Positions 54,480-64,000 of a stretch of DNA of 64,000 bases are shown here, piece after piece; position 1 is the first letter of the stretch; every line of letters begins with the position of its first letter. The position numbers and the translations under genes were made by a program. Under the pieces are notes generated by a model, which searched no databases, was not told where the DNA came from, and saw only the letters and a program-made list of their open reading frames with translations. Origin of the DNA: Kiritimatiellia bacterium (GTDB taxonomy: Bacteria; Verrucomicrobiota; Kiritimatiellia; CAIKKV01); contig JAWOJA010000067.1 in NCBI GenBank assembly GCA_046484345.1, positions 22,905 to 86,904 on the forward strand. The letters are read 5' to 3'.

Positions 54480-57074
54480 TTAATCCTTGGTCGAAGGGGT
54501 GATGTCGAAAGGCAGAACGCAGATGAAGCGACTGCCTTTTTCGCAGCCCTCACTTTCGACCCAAACTTGACCACCATGCATGTTAACAAAGCGGCGGGTC
54601 AGAGCCAAGCCCAAACCGGTGCCGGCCGGTTTGCGGTGGGGGCTGTTTCGGATTTGGAAAAATTCCGCGAAGATGGAGTCGTGGAAGGCGGGGTCCACGC
54701 CAATACCGGTGTCGCAAACGGTGATTTCGACGCCCGGGAACGAGATGGCCGGCTGGCGTTGGAGAATATGCGGCGTCGCATAGGGCGCGGGGAAGGGGGG
54801 CGCGGCCAGGGCCGCCTCGGGGGTGGGCAGCGCCCGCAGGGTGACGAGAATTTGGCCGCCTTCCGAGGTGAACTTGACGGCGTTTGCCAGGAGGTTGGAT
54901 AAGACTAGTTTCAATTTGGCGGCATCGGCCTGAACGACCAGGTCCCGGGCGGAATCCTCCACGACCAGGCGCAGCGAGAGCCCCTGGTTTTCGCAACTCG
55001 GGCCGAAGGGGGCCACGCACTCGTTCAAGAGCGGATAGAGGGCCACGGGCCCCGGCTGGAGGATCATGCTTCCGGTTTCCACCTTGGAGATGGTCAGGAT
55101 GTCGTCGATCAAGCCCTGCAGGTGGGTGCCGCTTTCAAGAATATGCTTCACGTATTCGGTTTGCTTGGGGCTGAGCGCGCCGAAAGAGGGCTCCAGCAGG
55201 ACCTCGGAAAAGCCGATGACGGCGTTCAGCGGGGTGCGCAGCTCGTGCGAGATGCCGGCGAGGAAATCGTTCTTGGTCCGGCTGGCGGCCTCGGCGGCGT
55301 CGCGGGCGACCTGGAGTTCGGCGGCCATTTTTTCCACCTTGTCCGCCCATTCGCTCCGCTCGCGCTCCAGGCGCTCCCATTTTTCCTGGAGCGATTGTCC
55401 GGCGTCCCGGCCGAAGGAGGCCATCAGGCGGACGGGATTGCCCATTTCGTCGCGCACGACGGCGGCTTCGAACTGCACGGGCCGGACGGACCCGTTTTTG
55501 ACGCGGACCTCGAGGTGGCCGTAGACCTTGCCGTTCTGCAGGGCCTGGCGCAGCAGCTCGGCGGCCTGTTCGGGGTGGTCGGCCAGGGCGGTCAGGGGCT
55601 GACCGAGCAGTTCCTCCTCGCGGTCGCACTCCCAGATGGCGAGGAAGGCGGGATTGACGTAGAGCAGGCGGCCCTCGGTGTCGAGACAGGCCATGGGCAG
55701 CGGCTGGGTCTGCAGAAGGGCCTCGGGCAGCAACAGGCGCCGCTCCTGGCGGTCCAGCTCCTCGCGGGCGCGCAGTTCCTGCAGGCGGAGCCCGAGGTGA
55801 TCCGCCAGCGGCTGGAGATAATCCAGCTCCGCGGCGTCGAAGGCTTCCGGATCGGCGGCGTAGAGGGTGAGGGCGCCGAGGACCGATTCGTCGGCGGCCA
55901 GGGGAAGGGCTGCGACGGAGCCGTAGCCCCGGCGGGCCGCCTGTTCCCGCCATGGGAACCCGGAGGGATGGGTGGGGATTTGCCGGATGACCGCCGGTTT
56001 GCCCGAGCGGATGGAGGCGCCGGTGGGTCCGCCGGCGGGATCGGCGGGATCCCAGCTGACGTGAAGGGTGGAGAGAAACTCCGGCTCAAAGCCGGCCTGC
56101 GCGACGGGCCGGACGCGCCTGGCGCGGCCCGTTTCCGCCCAGCCAGCCCAGGCCATGGGGTAGCCGCCTTTTTCGACCAGCAACCGGCAGACGGCCTGCA
56201 ACAGGTTTTTTTCCTCCTGTGCCCGGGCCAGAAGCGCGTGGGCGCGGTTCAGAATTTCCAGGAGACGCACGGTTTTATCCCGCGAAAGCGGCGGGCCGGC
56301 GGGCTCCGCCGATTCAGGGATGGGCGGTTTCGCCGCCGGGGTGGGGGGCGCGGGTTGAACTGGGGCCGCCGGCGGCGTGGGCGGTTTCGCCGCCGGGGTG
56401 AGCGGTTCGGCGCCTGAGGCGGTCAAGGTCTGCACGGCGTGGGCGAATTCCGCTTCCGCCCGGCTGACGCTGAGGAACACGCCCGGGGGCAGGTGGAAGG
56501 GGTTTTCGTGCACCTGGACGCCCATGAGGATCCAGTGATGGGTCTTGATGATTTCCAGGAGCAGCGCCGGGCGCGGCGATTTTTTGGCGTAGAAGCAGAC
56601 GAGCAGGCTTTTTTTGGCGAAAACGGCCGTATTCTGCATGGCCTCGAAGGTAATCAGCCGCTGACCGTCCCCGGAAGAGGGAAAAAAAACATCCATGAAC
56701 GCCAGGGTGCAAAGGCCGGTAAAGCCCTGGGCCTGGGCGCGATAGGCCGCCGTTTCGAAAAAGGCGAGAAGTGCCTGAGGATCGGGTCCCTCGTGCCGGC
56801 GCGCGGTGGCGGCGGGAAAAAGGAACGCGAGCTGTCCGGTCTTGACCAGGGAGTGGGCGGGAATGTTTTTCTGTTCGATCAGGCGGAGCAGTTCATCCTG
56901 GTCCGTTTCATCGAGGACACAGAGTATTTTTTGGCGACGGCTGACGGCCTGCTCGATCAGCAAGGCGGACATCTCCAGTTTTTCCGCTCCGCTGTCATAC
57001 AGGCAAACGGCATGATCCCCCAGTTGTAAATTAGCCAGGGTTCCGCTCGCTCGTTGCTCGGTTGTTTCGCTCAT
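54480..57074 (-). CDS. MEDS-GAF-PAS sensor histidine kinase
   Basis: N-terminal GDHAVCLY...CFY (MEDS), GYPMAWAG...SVAALPL (GAF), PAS, SHELRTPLN, GTGLGL. Confidence 0.92.
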   Translation of the reverse strand: MSETTEQRASGTLANLQLGDHAVCLYDSGAEKLEMSALLIEQAVSRRQKILCVLDETDQDELLRLIEQKNIPAHSLVKTGQLAFLFPAATARRHEGPDPQALLAFFETAAYRAQAQGFTGLCTLAFMDVFFPSSGDGQRLITFEAMQNTAVFAKKSLLVCFYAKKSPRPALLLEIIKTHHWILMGVQVHENPFHLPPGVFLSVSRAEAEFAHAVQTLTASGAEPLTPAAKPPTPPAAPVQPAPPTPAAKPPIPESAEPAGPPLSRDKTVRLLEILNRAHALLARAQEEKNLLQAVCRLLVEKGGYPMAWAGWAETGRARRVRPVAQAGFEPEFLSTLHVSWDPADPAGGPTGASIRSGKPAVIRQIPTHPSGFPWREQAARRGYGSVAALPLAADESVLGALTLYAADPEAFDAAELDYLQPLADHLGLRLQELRAREELDRQERRLLLPEALLQTQPLPMACLDTEGRLLYVNPAFLAIWECDREEELLGQPLTALADHPEQAAELLRQALQNGKVYGHLEVRVKNGSVRPVQFEAAVVRDEMGNPVRLMASFGRDAGQSLQEKWERLERERSEWADKVEKMAAELQVARDAAEAASRTKNDFLAGISHELRTPLNAVIGFSEVLLEPSFGALSPKQTEYVKHILESGTHLQGLIDDILTISKVETGSMILQPGPVALYPLLNECVAPFGPSCENQGLSLRLVVEDSARDLVVQADAAKLKLVLSNLLANAVKFTSEGGQILVTLRALPTPEAALAAPPFPAPYATPHILQRQPAISFPGVEITVCDTGIGVDPAFHDSIFAEFFQIRNSPHRKPAGTGLGLALTRRFVNMHGGQVWVESEGCEKGSRFICVLPFDITPSTKD
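56321..56400. repeat. 23-bp direct repeat in a Pro/Ala linker
   Basis: TGGGCGGTTTCGCCGCCGGGGTG at 56321-56343 and 56378-56400, encoding TPAAKPP twice. Confidence 0.85.
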
Positions 57075-57141
57075 TTTCTAAAACTTATAAATCATCCTAC
57101 TATATTATAGGATAAAACCGTACAGAGAGTAAATAAAAGAT

Positions 57142-57912
57142 TTAAGCGGGTTTTCGGATTAAGTCCAGAGCCAATGCGCGGCTACGGAGTTGAAAATCCA
57201 GGTGGTAAGCGATGAAGTCGGCCAGGACGGATTGTACTTCCGCCTGTTGGGGGACGGAGGGGACGGCGACGGCCGCCCGGGAGGCTGTTTGGCTGGAGTC
57301 CCAGGCCCGGAGCAGGGCCAGCGTGCCGGCGGTCATGACGCTGGCGGAGTTTGAGTCCCGGTGTTCGCATTGGCGGCACAGCACGCCGCCTTGACGCGCC
57401 GACACGCGAAGGCGATTCAGGCCGTCCGCGGCCGGATCCCGGCCGCACAGCGGACAGCGGCCCACGGCGAGTCCGAGTCCGAGTCGTTTGAGGGCGGTCA
57501 GTTCGAACCAGTATAGAAGGCCGGGCGAAGCGCCGCGCTGGGCCAGGGTGTCGATGGCGGTTTCGAGGAGTTCGAAAAGATCGTCATGCGGCACGCCTGG
57601 CGGGGTGATATGGGAAGTGAAGTCGCAAAAATAGGAGGCGCAGGCGGCGGCCCGCCAGTCGGTTCGCAACGCATCGCGCGTTTTAAGGGCGGCGCACTCC
57701 TTGAGGATGAGGACGCGGGACGCGCGCCGGTAGAAGAGCACTTCGCAGGTGTAGAAGCAGTCGAGCTGACCGAGGAACGGACTGCGCGGCCGCTGGGCGC
57801 CCTTGGCGAGCAGCCAAGTGCGCCCCACGCCGAGGATCAGGCAGTCGGCCAGCAGGGAGGTGCGTGAGTAGGGAAGTGTGCGCAGGATCAGACCGTCGGT
57901 TTTGAGGATCAT
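57142..57912 (-). CDS. recO: DNA repair protein RecO
   Basis: MILKTDGLILR..YSRTS, AKGAQRPRS, CPLC...GGVLCRQC zinc motif. Confidence 0.9.
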   Translation of the reverse strand: MILKTDGLILRTLPYSRTSLLADCLILGVGRTWLLAKGAQRPRSPFLGQLDCFYTCEVLFYRRASRVLILKECAALKTRDALRTDWRAAACASYFCDFTSHITPPGVPHDDLFELLETAIDTLAQRGASPGLLYWFELTALKRLGLGLAVGRCPLCGRDPAADGLNRLRVSARQGGVLCRQCEHRDSNSASVMTAGTLALLRAWDSSQTASRAAVAVPSVPQQAEVQSVLADFIAYHLDFQLRSRALALDLIRKPA

Positions 57913-58391
57913 GCGAACCCCGCGAGCGGCTCCAGCAGGCCGGCCGCCCGCGCCGCCCGGATCCAGCCTGTTTCGCGGCGTCTCATGAGGCGGCGGTCGG
58001 CGGGTGTGTCATCGACCCCGCCCGTGAGATGATCGCAGCCGTGGGCCAGGTACAGGGCCAGCTCGCGGGCCGCGCCCCCGTACCGGGGGCCCAGTTCGCG
58101 GGCCAGTTCCGCGTTGATGATCAACTCCCCGTTCCAGTCGGGCAGGCCGGGGGCGGGCGCATAGGTGAGGGTGATGACATCGGTCGATTCGTCCTTGCCG
58201 AAAACGGCGGCATTATAGGGGCGCATGCCGGCGTGGCCGACGAAAATGACCTCCACGGCGCCCCAGCTCCGGGCCGCGTCCGCGCGGCGGGCGCGGTTCA
58301 TCAGGAAAAGCACCAGCGCCCGCAGACCGGCGGGGGGGATCGGCCGGACGCGGCTGGCGTGATGCAGGCGGATGAGAGGGGATTTCGGCAT
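57909..58391 (-). CDS. ybeY: rRNA maturation endoribonuclease YbeY family
   Basis: TDVIT, GELII, ELALYLAHGCDHLTG...M; start set at ATG 58391. Confidence 0.85.
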   Translation of the reverse strand: MPKSPLIRLHHASRVRPIPPAGLRALVLFLMNRARRADAARSWGAVEVIFVGHAGMRPYNAAVFGKDESTDVITLTYAPAPGLPDWNGELIINAELARELGPRYGGAARELALYLAHGCDHLTGGVDDTPADRRLMRRRETGWIRAARAAGLLEPLAGFA

Positions 58392-58462
58392 TGAGGCGCT
58401 CCGGCAAAGAGCATACACTGTTGCGCGACGGAATGGAAGCGCGGGAAGGAACGGGCGATCGC

Positions 58463-59611
58463 ATGGTCACGGGAAAGAAAAATACGGCGCCGCTGACGCT
58501 TGTTTTTGGCAACGATTCCTATTGGGTCGAGGCGTCGGCCAAGGAATATCTGGACCGGCGGGTTCCGGAATCGCAGCGGGTCTTCGGGCTGGACACCATC
58601 GACGGCATGGTGGAGTCGGGCGGGGCGGCCTCGCTGGCGTTGCGCAAATGCCTCGAATCGCTGGACACGCCCGCCTTCATGGGCGGCGAGAAGGTGGTCT
58701 GGCTGAAAAACGCCTCCTTCCTGGCGGCCTCCGGCCGCGCCACGCGTGGCGAGGAGGTCAAGGGTTGCCTCGAGCGGCTGACGGTCCTGATAAAAAAGGG
58801 GCTGATGCCGGGCGTCTTTTTCCTTATCACGGCGCCGGGACTGGACAAGCGTTCCGCCTTTTACAAGGCCTGTGAAAAAGTCGGGGAGCTGCGCGAGTTC
58901 ACCATCACCGACAAGAGCTACCAGGTGGACGAACAGGCCGCCGGGATCATTGGTAAAGCCCTGGCGGACGCGGGCTTGACGGCGGACAACGACGTGGTGG
59001 TGGCGCTGGCCCAGCGCGAGGGGTGCGACACGCGCCAAATTCGGAACGAGGTGGAGAAGCTCAGCCTGTATGCGGGCGAGCGCCGGCGGATCACCGTGGC
59101 CGACGTGGAGGCGGTGGTCTGCGCGGTGCGCGGGTCGCAGCCCTGGGACCTGGCCGACGCGGTGCTGGGCCGCGACCTGGGCAAGGCGCTCCAGGTGCTC
59201 AACCGCCTGTTGTTTCAGAAGACCAATTCTGTTTTCCTGGTGACGGTTCTGGAGGGCCGGTTCCGCGAACTCCTGGCCTACCGCGAGGCTTTGGACCGGG
59301 GCTGGTTGCGGCCGCCTCCGGCCTATGGGCGGGGCGGCGGCGGCTGGGAGGGGATGCCGGAGGAGGCCGCGACACTCATGACGGGCATCTTGGGAAAAGA
59401 TCCGCGGGCGTTGCCGGGTTTTGTGACGGGTATCCGGGCCAAGCAGGCGATGGTATTTTCCAAGCCGGCCATCCGCCGGATCCAGAAGCGCCTGCTCGAG
59501 GCCCATCGGCTGATGGTGACGAGTCCGACCGACCCGCAGTGGATTCTGGAACTGCTTCTGATCCGCATTCTGGGGCGGCGGCCGGCGGCGCGGCCGCGGG
59601 TTTCGGGCTGA
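58463..59611 (+). CDS. holA: DNA polymerase III delta subunit
   Basis: LVFGNDSY, TPAFMGGEKVV, NEVEKLSLY, ITVADVEAVV, WDLADAV, LELLLI. Confidence 0.88.
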   Translation: MVTGKKNTAPLTLVFGNDSYWVEASAKEYLDRRVPESQRVFGLDTIDGMVESGGAASLALRKCLESLDTPAFMGGEKVVWLKNASFLAASGRATRGEEVKGCLERLTVLIKKGLMPGVFFLITAPGLDKRSAFYKACEKVGELREFTITDKSYQVDEQAAGIIGKALADAGLTADNDVVVALAQREGCDTRQIRNEVEKLSLYAGERRRITVADVEAVVCAVRGSQPWDLADAVLGRDLGKALQVLNRLLFQKTNSVFLVTVLEGRFRELLAYREALDRGWLRPPPAYGRGGGGWEGMPEEAATLMTGILGKDPRALPGFVTGIRAKQAMVFSKPAIRRIQKRLLEAHRLMVTSPTDPQWILELLLIRILGRRPAARPRVSG

Positions 59612-59620
59612 GCCGCCGTG

Positions 59621-60889
59621 CTATTCGTGGCGCAGGGCCTCGATGGGGTCGAGCTGGGAGGCGGCGATGGCGGGGTAGAGGCCGAAGACGATGCCGATGC
59701 CGACGCTGATGCCGAAGGAGAGGAAGAGGCTCCAGAGCGGCGTGGCGGTGGGCATGGCGGTGAAGCGGGTGATGACCATCGGGATGAGCAGGCCCATGGC
59801 CACGCCGATCAGGCCGCCGAGTCCGGACAGCACGCTGGTTTCCACCAGAAATTGCAGGGCGATGTGGCTGCGTTTGGCGCCGATGGCGCGGCGGATGCCG
59901 ATTTCGCGGGTCCGTTCGGTCACCGACGCCAGCATGATGTTCATGATGCCGATGCCGCCCACGAGCAGGCTGATGCCCGCGATCGAGCCCAGCACCACGT
60001 TGAATGTGCGCCGCGTGGTTTCCGCCTGCCGGAGCAGTTCGAGCGGGACGCTGACCTTGTAATCCTCGCGTTTATGAAACCGTCGGAGCATGGCCGTGAT
60101 GGCCTTTGCCGTGGGTCTGACCGCGTCCGTTTCGCGGACTTCGACGATCAACTGGTGCAGTTCCACCAGTTCCATGCTGCGGGAGCCTGAGTCCAGGATG
60201 ATGTTCAGCTCCCCGAAACGTTCGAGGCAGACGCTTAGCGGCACGTAGGCATCGACCTCCTGGTCGGGCGTCTGCACGGCGGAGTTGGCTCCCTCGTTCT
60301 TTACGATGCCGATCACGGTGAAATGGACGCTGTTCATGGAAATGCTTTCGCCGAGGATGCCGGTGCCGGCGAGAAGACGCCGCGCGCCATGTTCGGTCAG
60401 GACGCACACGGGGGTGGAGGCGGCAGCGTCCCGGGCCGAGAGCACGCGGCCGGCCAGGATGGGTCGGGCGACCAAATCGAACCAATCGGGCGTGGTGCCG
60501 ACGATGCGCATGTCGAGTTTGCGGTCGCGATACCAGCCTTCGGTGCGGATCAGGCGCGCGGGCACGGTCCGTTTGACGGAGGGAATCGAAGCGGCGATGC
60601 GGTGGTTGTCCTCGTAAAGGAGGCCGTAGATGGCGACTTGGCTTCTCTGTTGGGCGCCGGCCTGCTCGTCCTCGGCCGCCTTCTGGGAGGTCAGGATGAT
60701 GTTGTGGCTGCCCAAACGGCTGATCTGGGCGAGGGCCTGGCGGCTGGCGCCTTCGCCCACGGAGAGCATGGCGATGACGCTGGAGACGCCGAAGACGACG
60801 CCCAGGGTGGTGAGCAGGGCCCGGGTCTTATGGAGCATCAGGTCCTTGACGCCCATTCGGAAAAGACGCGTGAAGCGGGCGGAGGTCAT
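59621..60889 (-). CDS. MacB-like ABC transporter permease
   Basis: [59 protein letters not shown]. Confidence 0.95.
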   Translation of the reverse strand: MTSARFTRLFRMGVKDLMLHKTRALLTTLGVVFGVSSVIAMLSVGEGASRQALAQISRLGSHNIILTSQKAAEDEQAGAQQRSQVAIYGLLYEDNHRIAASIPSVKRTVPARLIRTEGWYRDRKLDMRIVGTTPDWFDLVARPILAGRVLSARDAAASTPVCVLTEHGARRLLAGTGILGESISMNSVHFTVIGIVKNEGANSAVQTPDQEVDAYVPLSVCLERFGELNIILDSGSRSMELVELHQLIVEVRETDAVRPTAKAITAMLRRFHKREDYKVSVPLELLRQAETTRRTFNVVLGSIAGISLLVGGIGIMNIMLASVTERTREIGIRRAIGAKRSHIALQFLVETSVLSGLGGLIGVAMGLLIPMVITRFTAMPTATPLWSLFLSFGISVGIGIVFGLYPAIAASQLDPIEALRHE

Positions 60890-61578
60890 GCCCCCCCCCC
60901 TTCGATGGCGTGGATCTGGCCGTCGCGCATGTGGACGCGGCGGCCGGCCCAGGCGGCGATGTCGTTTTCGTGCGTCACCATGACGATGGTGCGGCCGCGC
61001 TTGTTCAGGGCGGTCAGCAACTCCATGATTTGGATGCCGGTTGCGGAATCGAGATTGCCTGTCGGCTCATCGGCCAGAATCAGCGACGGGTCGGTGGTGA
61101 GGGCCCGGGCCACTGCCACGCGCTGTTGCTGGCCGCCGGAAAGTTCCGAAGGCCGGTGATGCAGGCGGTTGGAGAGGCCGACCGTGTGGAGCATTTCGCG
61201 CGCGCGAACGGCGCAGAAGTCCGGGTCGTGGTCCAAGTAGACCAGCGGCAGTTCCACATTCTCCTGCACGGTGAGCTGGGGGATCAGGTTGAAGCTCTGG
61301 AAGATGAAGCCCAGGTGATGCAACCGGATGTCGCTCAAGGCGTCGTCATCCAGCCGGGCGACGTCCTTGCCTTCCATGAAATAGTGTCCGGAGGAGGGCC
61401 GGTCGAGGCAGCCAATGAGATTCAGGAGGGTGCTTTTGCCCGATCCGCTGGGCCCCATGATAGCCGTGAAGCTGCTCCGGGGGAAGGCCAGTGAAACGCC
61501 TCGAAGCGCCTCCACGTGGATGGCGCCGGTGCGGTAAACCTTGCGGATTTTCTCCAGCCGGATGACATCGTCAGGCAT
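60886..61578 (-). CDS. ABC transporter ATP-binding protein (LolD/MacB type)
   Basis: [29 protein letters not shown]; start set at ATG 61578. Confidence 0.95.
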   Translation of the reverse strand: MPDDVIRLEKIRKVYRTGAIHVEALRGVSLAFPRSSFTAIMGPSGSGKSTLLNLIGCLDRPSSGHYFMEGKDVARLDDDALSDIRLHHLGFIFQSFNLIPQLTVQENVELPLVYLDHDPDFCAVRAREMLHTVGLSNRLHHRPSELSGGQQQRVAVARALTTDPSLILADEPTGNLDSATGIQIMELLTALNKRGRTIVMVTHENDIAAWAGRRVHMRDGQIHAIEGGGA

Positions 61579-63139
61579 TGGTTTTTTCCTGGCCCTTCTT
61601 CTCCTCCGCCCCGCCGGCCGCCGGCCGTTGCTTGTCCGCATCCGCCGGCCGCTGCTGGTCCTGACTTGGAAGCGGCGGGGCCAGCAACACGGATTCTCCA
61701 GCCTTGAGGCCGGATTTGATGAGGACCATCCGGTTGTTGTCGAGTCCGACTTCCACGCGGCGGGCTTCGGGCGTTTGGCGGTTCAGGACGTAGACGATGG
61801 ATTCCCCGTTCAGGCGGGTGACGCATTGGACCGGCACGGAGATGGCGTTTTTGTATTCGTTGATCACGATTTCGGCGCGGCAGTTCATGCCCGGGCGCAG
61901 TCCTTCCGCGTTGTCCGCAAAATAGACCTCGCAGATGTAGACTTTGAGATCGGGATTCATCCAGGAGCGGTTGGCGTCGGGCAGCACGCCGATTTTGCCA
62001 AGCATGCCGTAGAAAACCTGATCCGGCAGGGCATCGAGTGTGATGCGCACGAGCATGCCTTCGCGCACCTTGGCCAGCGCGGATTCGGGAATGCGGATTT
62101 CCACCAGCATGGCGGAGTCGGCGGGCAGGTGGATCAGCTCCTGCCGTTCGATAACCTGCTGGCCCACCGCGAGGGGCTCCTGGTTCCAACGGCGGCCCGG
62201 AACGCTGGTCGCGTAGACAACCATGCCGTTGGACGGGGCGGTGATGTGGCAGGCTTCGATCTGCAAGCCGGTCTTCTCGAGCGCGAGCTTCTGCCGGATG
62301 TGCTCGGAATCCCTGGCCCGCAGCTCGGCTTCGGCCTGCACGATATCGGAGGATGCTTTCCGCCGGGTGCGGTCGAGCGCCATTTCGGCCTGGCTGACCT
62401 CGCTTTTGCGCTTCTCCAGCTCCTCGACATGGGTGTATTTATTGAGCAGGTTCAGCTTGTTCTGCGTCAACTCAATGGTCAAGGCGGCCCGTGTGCGGGC
62501 CAGCTCGTCGCCCTGCAGTTCGGACCGGGTGATGTAGCCGGAGTCGGCGAGTTTGCGCGACCAGATGAGCTTGTCGTCGGCCCGCTGGAGCTCCTCGTTG
62601 GCGATGGCGATATCGGATTCGGCCTGGCGCAGGAGGTTGGGGTACTCGCCTTCCGTGTACTTCTCCAGGTTGAGCTTGGCGAACTTCAGCGTCAGTTCGG
62701 CCTTTTCGATGTCGGCCTGGGCCTGGTTGCGCGTGACTTCCAGCCTTTCGCGGGCCGAGGTGAAGCCGGCGGCGGTGTTCTCCACCTTTATCAGCTGTTC
62801 ATTCTGGCGCTCCACGATGGGGCTGGAGTCGAGTTCCACGAGCAGGTCGCCGGTTTGGACGATGCGGCCTTCGGGCACGATCGAGAGGATGGTGTTGCGG
62901 CCCTCGGCGGTGGATCGCACGATCACCTTGCCCTTGCTCTGGATGGTGCCGTTCTCGATGACGCTGATCATGAGGGGGCCCTCGATCGCCTGGAAGACGG
63001 GCTCCAGGCTGGCGGGAGTGCCGCCCCCGAATCGCATCATGACCGGGACCAGCACGGCCGCGGCGGCAAACAAGGCGGCGCTGGTGCGCCGCAGGCGGCT
63101 GTTCAGGAGCCGCTTAAGGTGTTGAATAATTGTATTCAC
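61571..63139 (-). CDS. HlyD/MacA-family periplasmic adaptor
   Basis: VPEGRIVQTGDLLVELD, long coiled coil, ITAPSNGMVVY, LRPGMNC, SGLKAGESV. Confidence 0.9.
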   Translation of the reverse strand: MNTIIQHLKRLLNSRLRRTSAALFAAAAVLVPVMMRFGGGTPASLEPVFQAIEGPLMISVIENGTIQSKGKVIVRSTAEGRNTILSIVPEGRIVQTGDLLVELDSSPIVERQNEQLIKVENTAAGFTSARERLEVTRNQAQADIEKAELTLKFAKLNLEKYTEGEYPNLLRQAESDIAIANEELQRADDKLIWSRKLADSGYITRSELQGDELARTRAALTIELTQNKLNLLNKYTHVEELEKRKSEVSQAEMALDRTRRKASSDIVQAEAELRARDSEHIRQKLALEKTGLQIEACHITAPSNGMVVYATSVPGRRWNQEPLAVGQQVIERQELIHLPADSAMLVEIRIPESALAKVREGMLVRITLDALPDQVFYGMLGKIGVLPDANRSWMNPDLKVYICEVYFADNAEGLRPGMNCRAEIVINEYKNAISVPVQCVTRLNGESIVYVLNRQTPEARRVEVGLDNNRMVLIKSGLKAGESVLLAPPLPSQDQQRPADADKQRPAAGGAEEKKGQEKTNA

Positions 63140-64000
63140 GCCATAGTCCTTCCGGGTTTACTTGGAGCACGCCAAGGCTCCGCTGTAAATTGAGTTCCGC
63201 CAGGCGCCGGTCCACGATGGCGCGGGTCAGCGCGTCCTGGGCCGATACCAAAGCGGCCTGGGCCTCGAGCACGTCGCGGATTTCGGCGCGCCCGGCCTGG
63301 AGGTAAATTTCCGTGCTGTTGACCCGCGTGCGGGCCAGGTCCACGGCGAGGGCCTGGATGCGGCCGGCTTGCCGGGTTTCCGCCAGGTTGCGAAGTCCTT
63401 CTCGCACGTCCAGCTTCACGCGGTCTTCCATGGCCTCAAGGTCGCGGCGGGCGCGCTCGAGCGCGATCAGGCTCGCGCGGTAGTTGTTCCGCTGGGCGGT
63501 GCGCTCCCACGGGGCGTCGAAGTCGAGCCCCGCAAAGGAGCGGGTGCGGTCCGTCCGCAGGGAAAGGCCGGCGAGGTCGTCCGCGCTCAGCTTCTCCGAG
63601 GTGTCCCGCGTGGAGACCCCGCCGCGGAAGGTCAGGCCGGCGCGCAGGGCGTCGCGGGATAGGGTCACGGCGCGCTCGGCATCGGCCGTGGCCTCCGCGG
63701 TGTTGAGGAGGTCGAGCCGGTTGGTCAAGGCCAGGGCGATGGCGCGCGGTTCGTCGATCGGCGGGGCGGGGGTGTTGGTCCCTTCGGCGGCGCCGGCCTC
63801 CGACAGGGCGGTCAGCTCCGCCTCCACCAGGGCGATCCGGGCGTCGCCCGGGAGGCCGAGAGTCAGCTTGAAGTCGTCAAGACTGCTCTCGAAGGATTGG
63901 CGCGCGGCGTTCAGACGGCTTTCGGCGCGGAGCACATCCTGGCGGGCCTGGTCAACCTGGATGCCCTCCAGGCGCCCGGCGTCGGCCATACGGCGGGCCC
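63114..64000 (-). CDS. TolC-family outer membrane protein (5' end outside the window)
   Basis: ALTNRLDL, VKLDVREGLRNL, AGRAEIRDVLEAQAAL; frame open towards the window edge. Confidence 0.88.
   Translation of the reverse strand, partial: ARRMADAGRLEGIQVDQARQDVLRAESRLNAARQSFESSLDDFKLTLGLPGDARIALVEAELTALSEAGAAEGTNTPAPPIDEPRAIALALTNRLDLLNTAEATADAERAVTLSRDALRAGLTFRGGVSTRDTSEKLSADDLAGLSLRTDRTRSFAGLDFDAPWERTAQRNNYRASLIALERARRDLEAMEDRVKLDVREGLRNLAETRQAGRIQALAVDLARTRVNSTEIYLQAGRAEIRDVLEAQAALVSAQDALTRAIVDRRLAELNLQRSLGVLQVNPEGLWREYNYSTP

Noticed and set aside
60891-60900. C10 homopolymer as a phase-variation tract
   Set aside because: It encodes the terminal Gly residues of the ATPase with the frame and stop/start overlap intact; no evidence of switching
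1-64000. CRISPR array, prophage, rRNA or retroelement
   Set aside because: No regularly spaced repeats, cas, phage structural, rRNA or reverse transcriptase sequences were recognised

Overview
GC-rich bacterial chromosomal window. Gene content (RNase HIII, a TPR-ExbB-ExbD-ExbD operon, a SWIM-SNF2 helicase, lineage-type hypothetical proteins) suggests a PVC-superphylum organism such as Kiritimatiellota, Lentisphaerota or Verrucomicrobiota; this is an inference. From left to right: tRNA-Gln(CTG); a KaiA-less kaiC-kaiB-PAS histidine kinase operon; mnmG and mnmE; a thioesterase/aminopeptidase/HD-protein cluster; apt, ppdK, asd; a long + strand run (C2H2 zinc-finger protein, two TPR proteins, ExbB, two ExbD, mutL, a 662-aa possibly kinase-like protein, DMT protein, lipoprotein, two hybrid kinases); an Fe-S/DUF362/aldo-keto reductase cluster; a multi-PAS kinase; an IS1634 remnant bracketed by 28-bp inverted repeats; hisI; SNF2, prmA, rnhC; queC and a ychF-family gene; a MEDS-GAF-PAS kinase with a response regulator; recO, ybeY, holA; and a MacAB-TolC-like exporter. 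The clearest non-coding signal is a pair of parS palindromes 27 bp apart inside an apparent insertion in the mnmG reading frame, which points to an origin-proximal location and to DNA serving as both centromere and coding sequence. Also notable: a 40-bp perfect palindrome, two small genes missing from the ORF track, several internally deleted gene remnants, and variant catalytic motifs in HisI, YbeY and YchF. No CRISPR array or rRNA was seen. All family assignments are by motif recognition only; no database searches were run.
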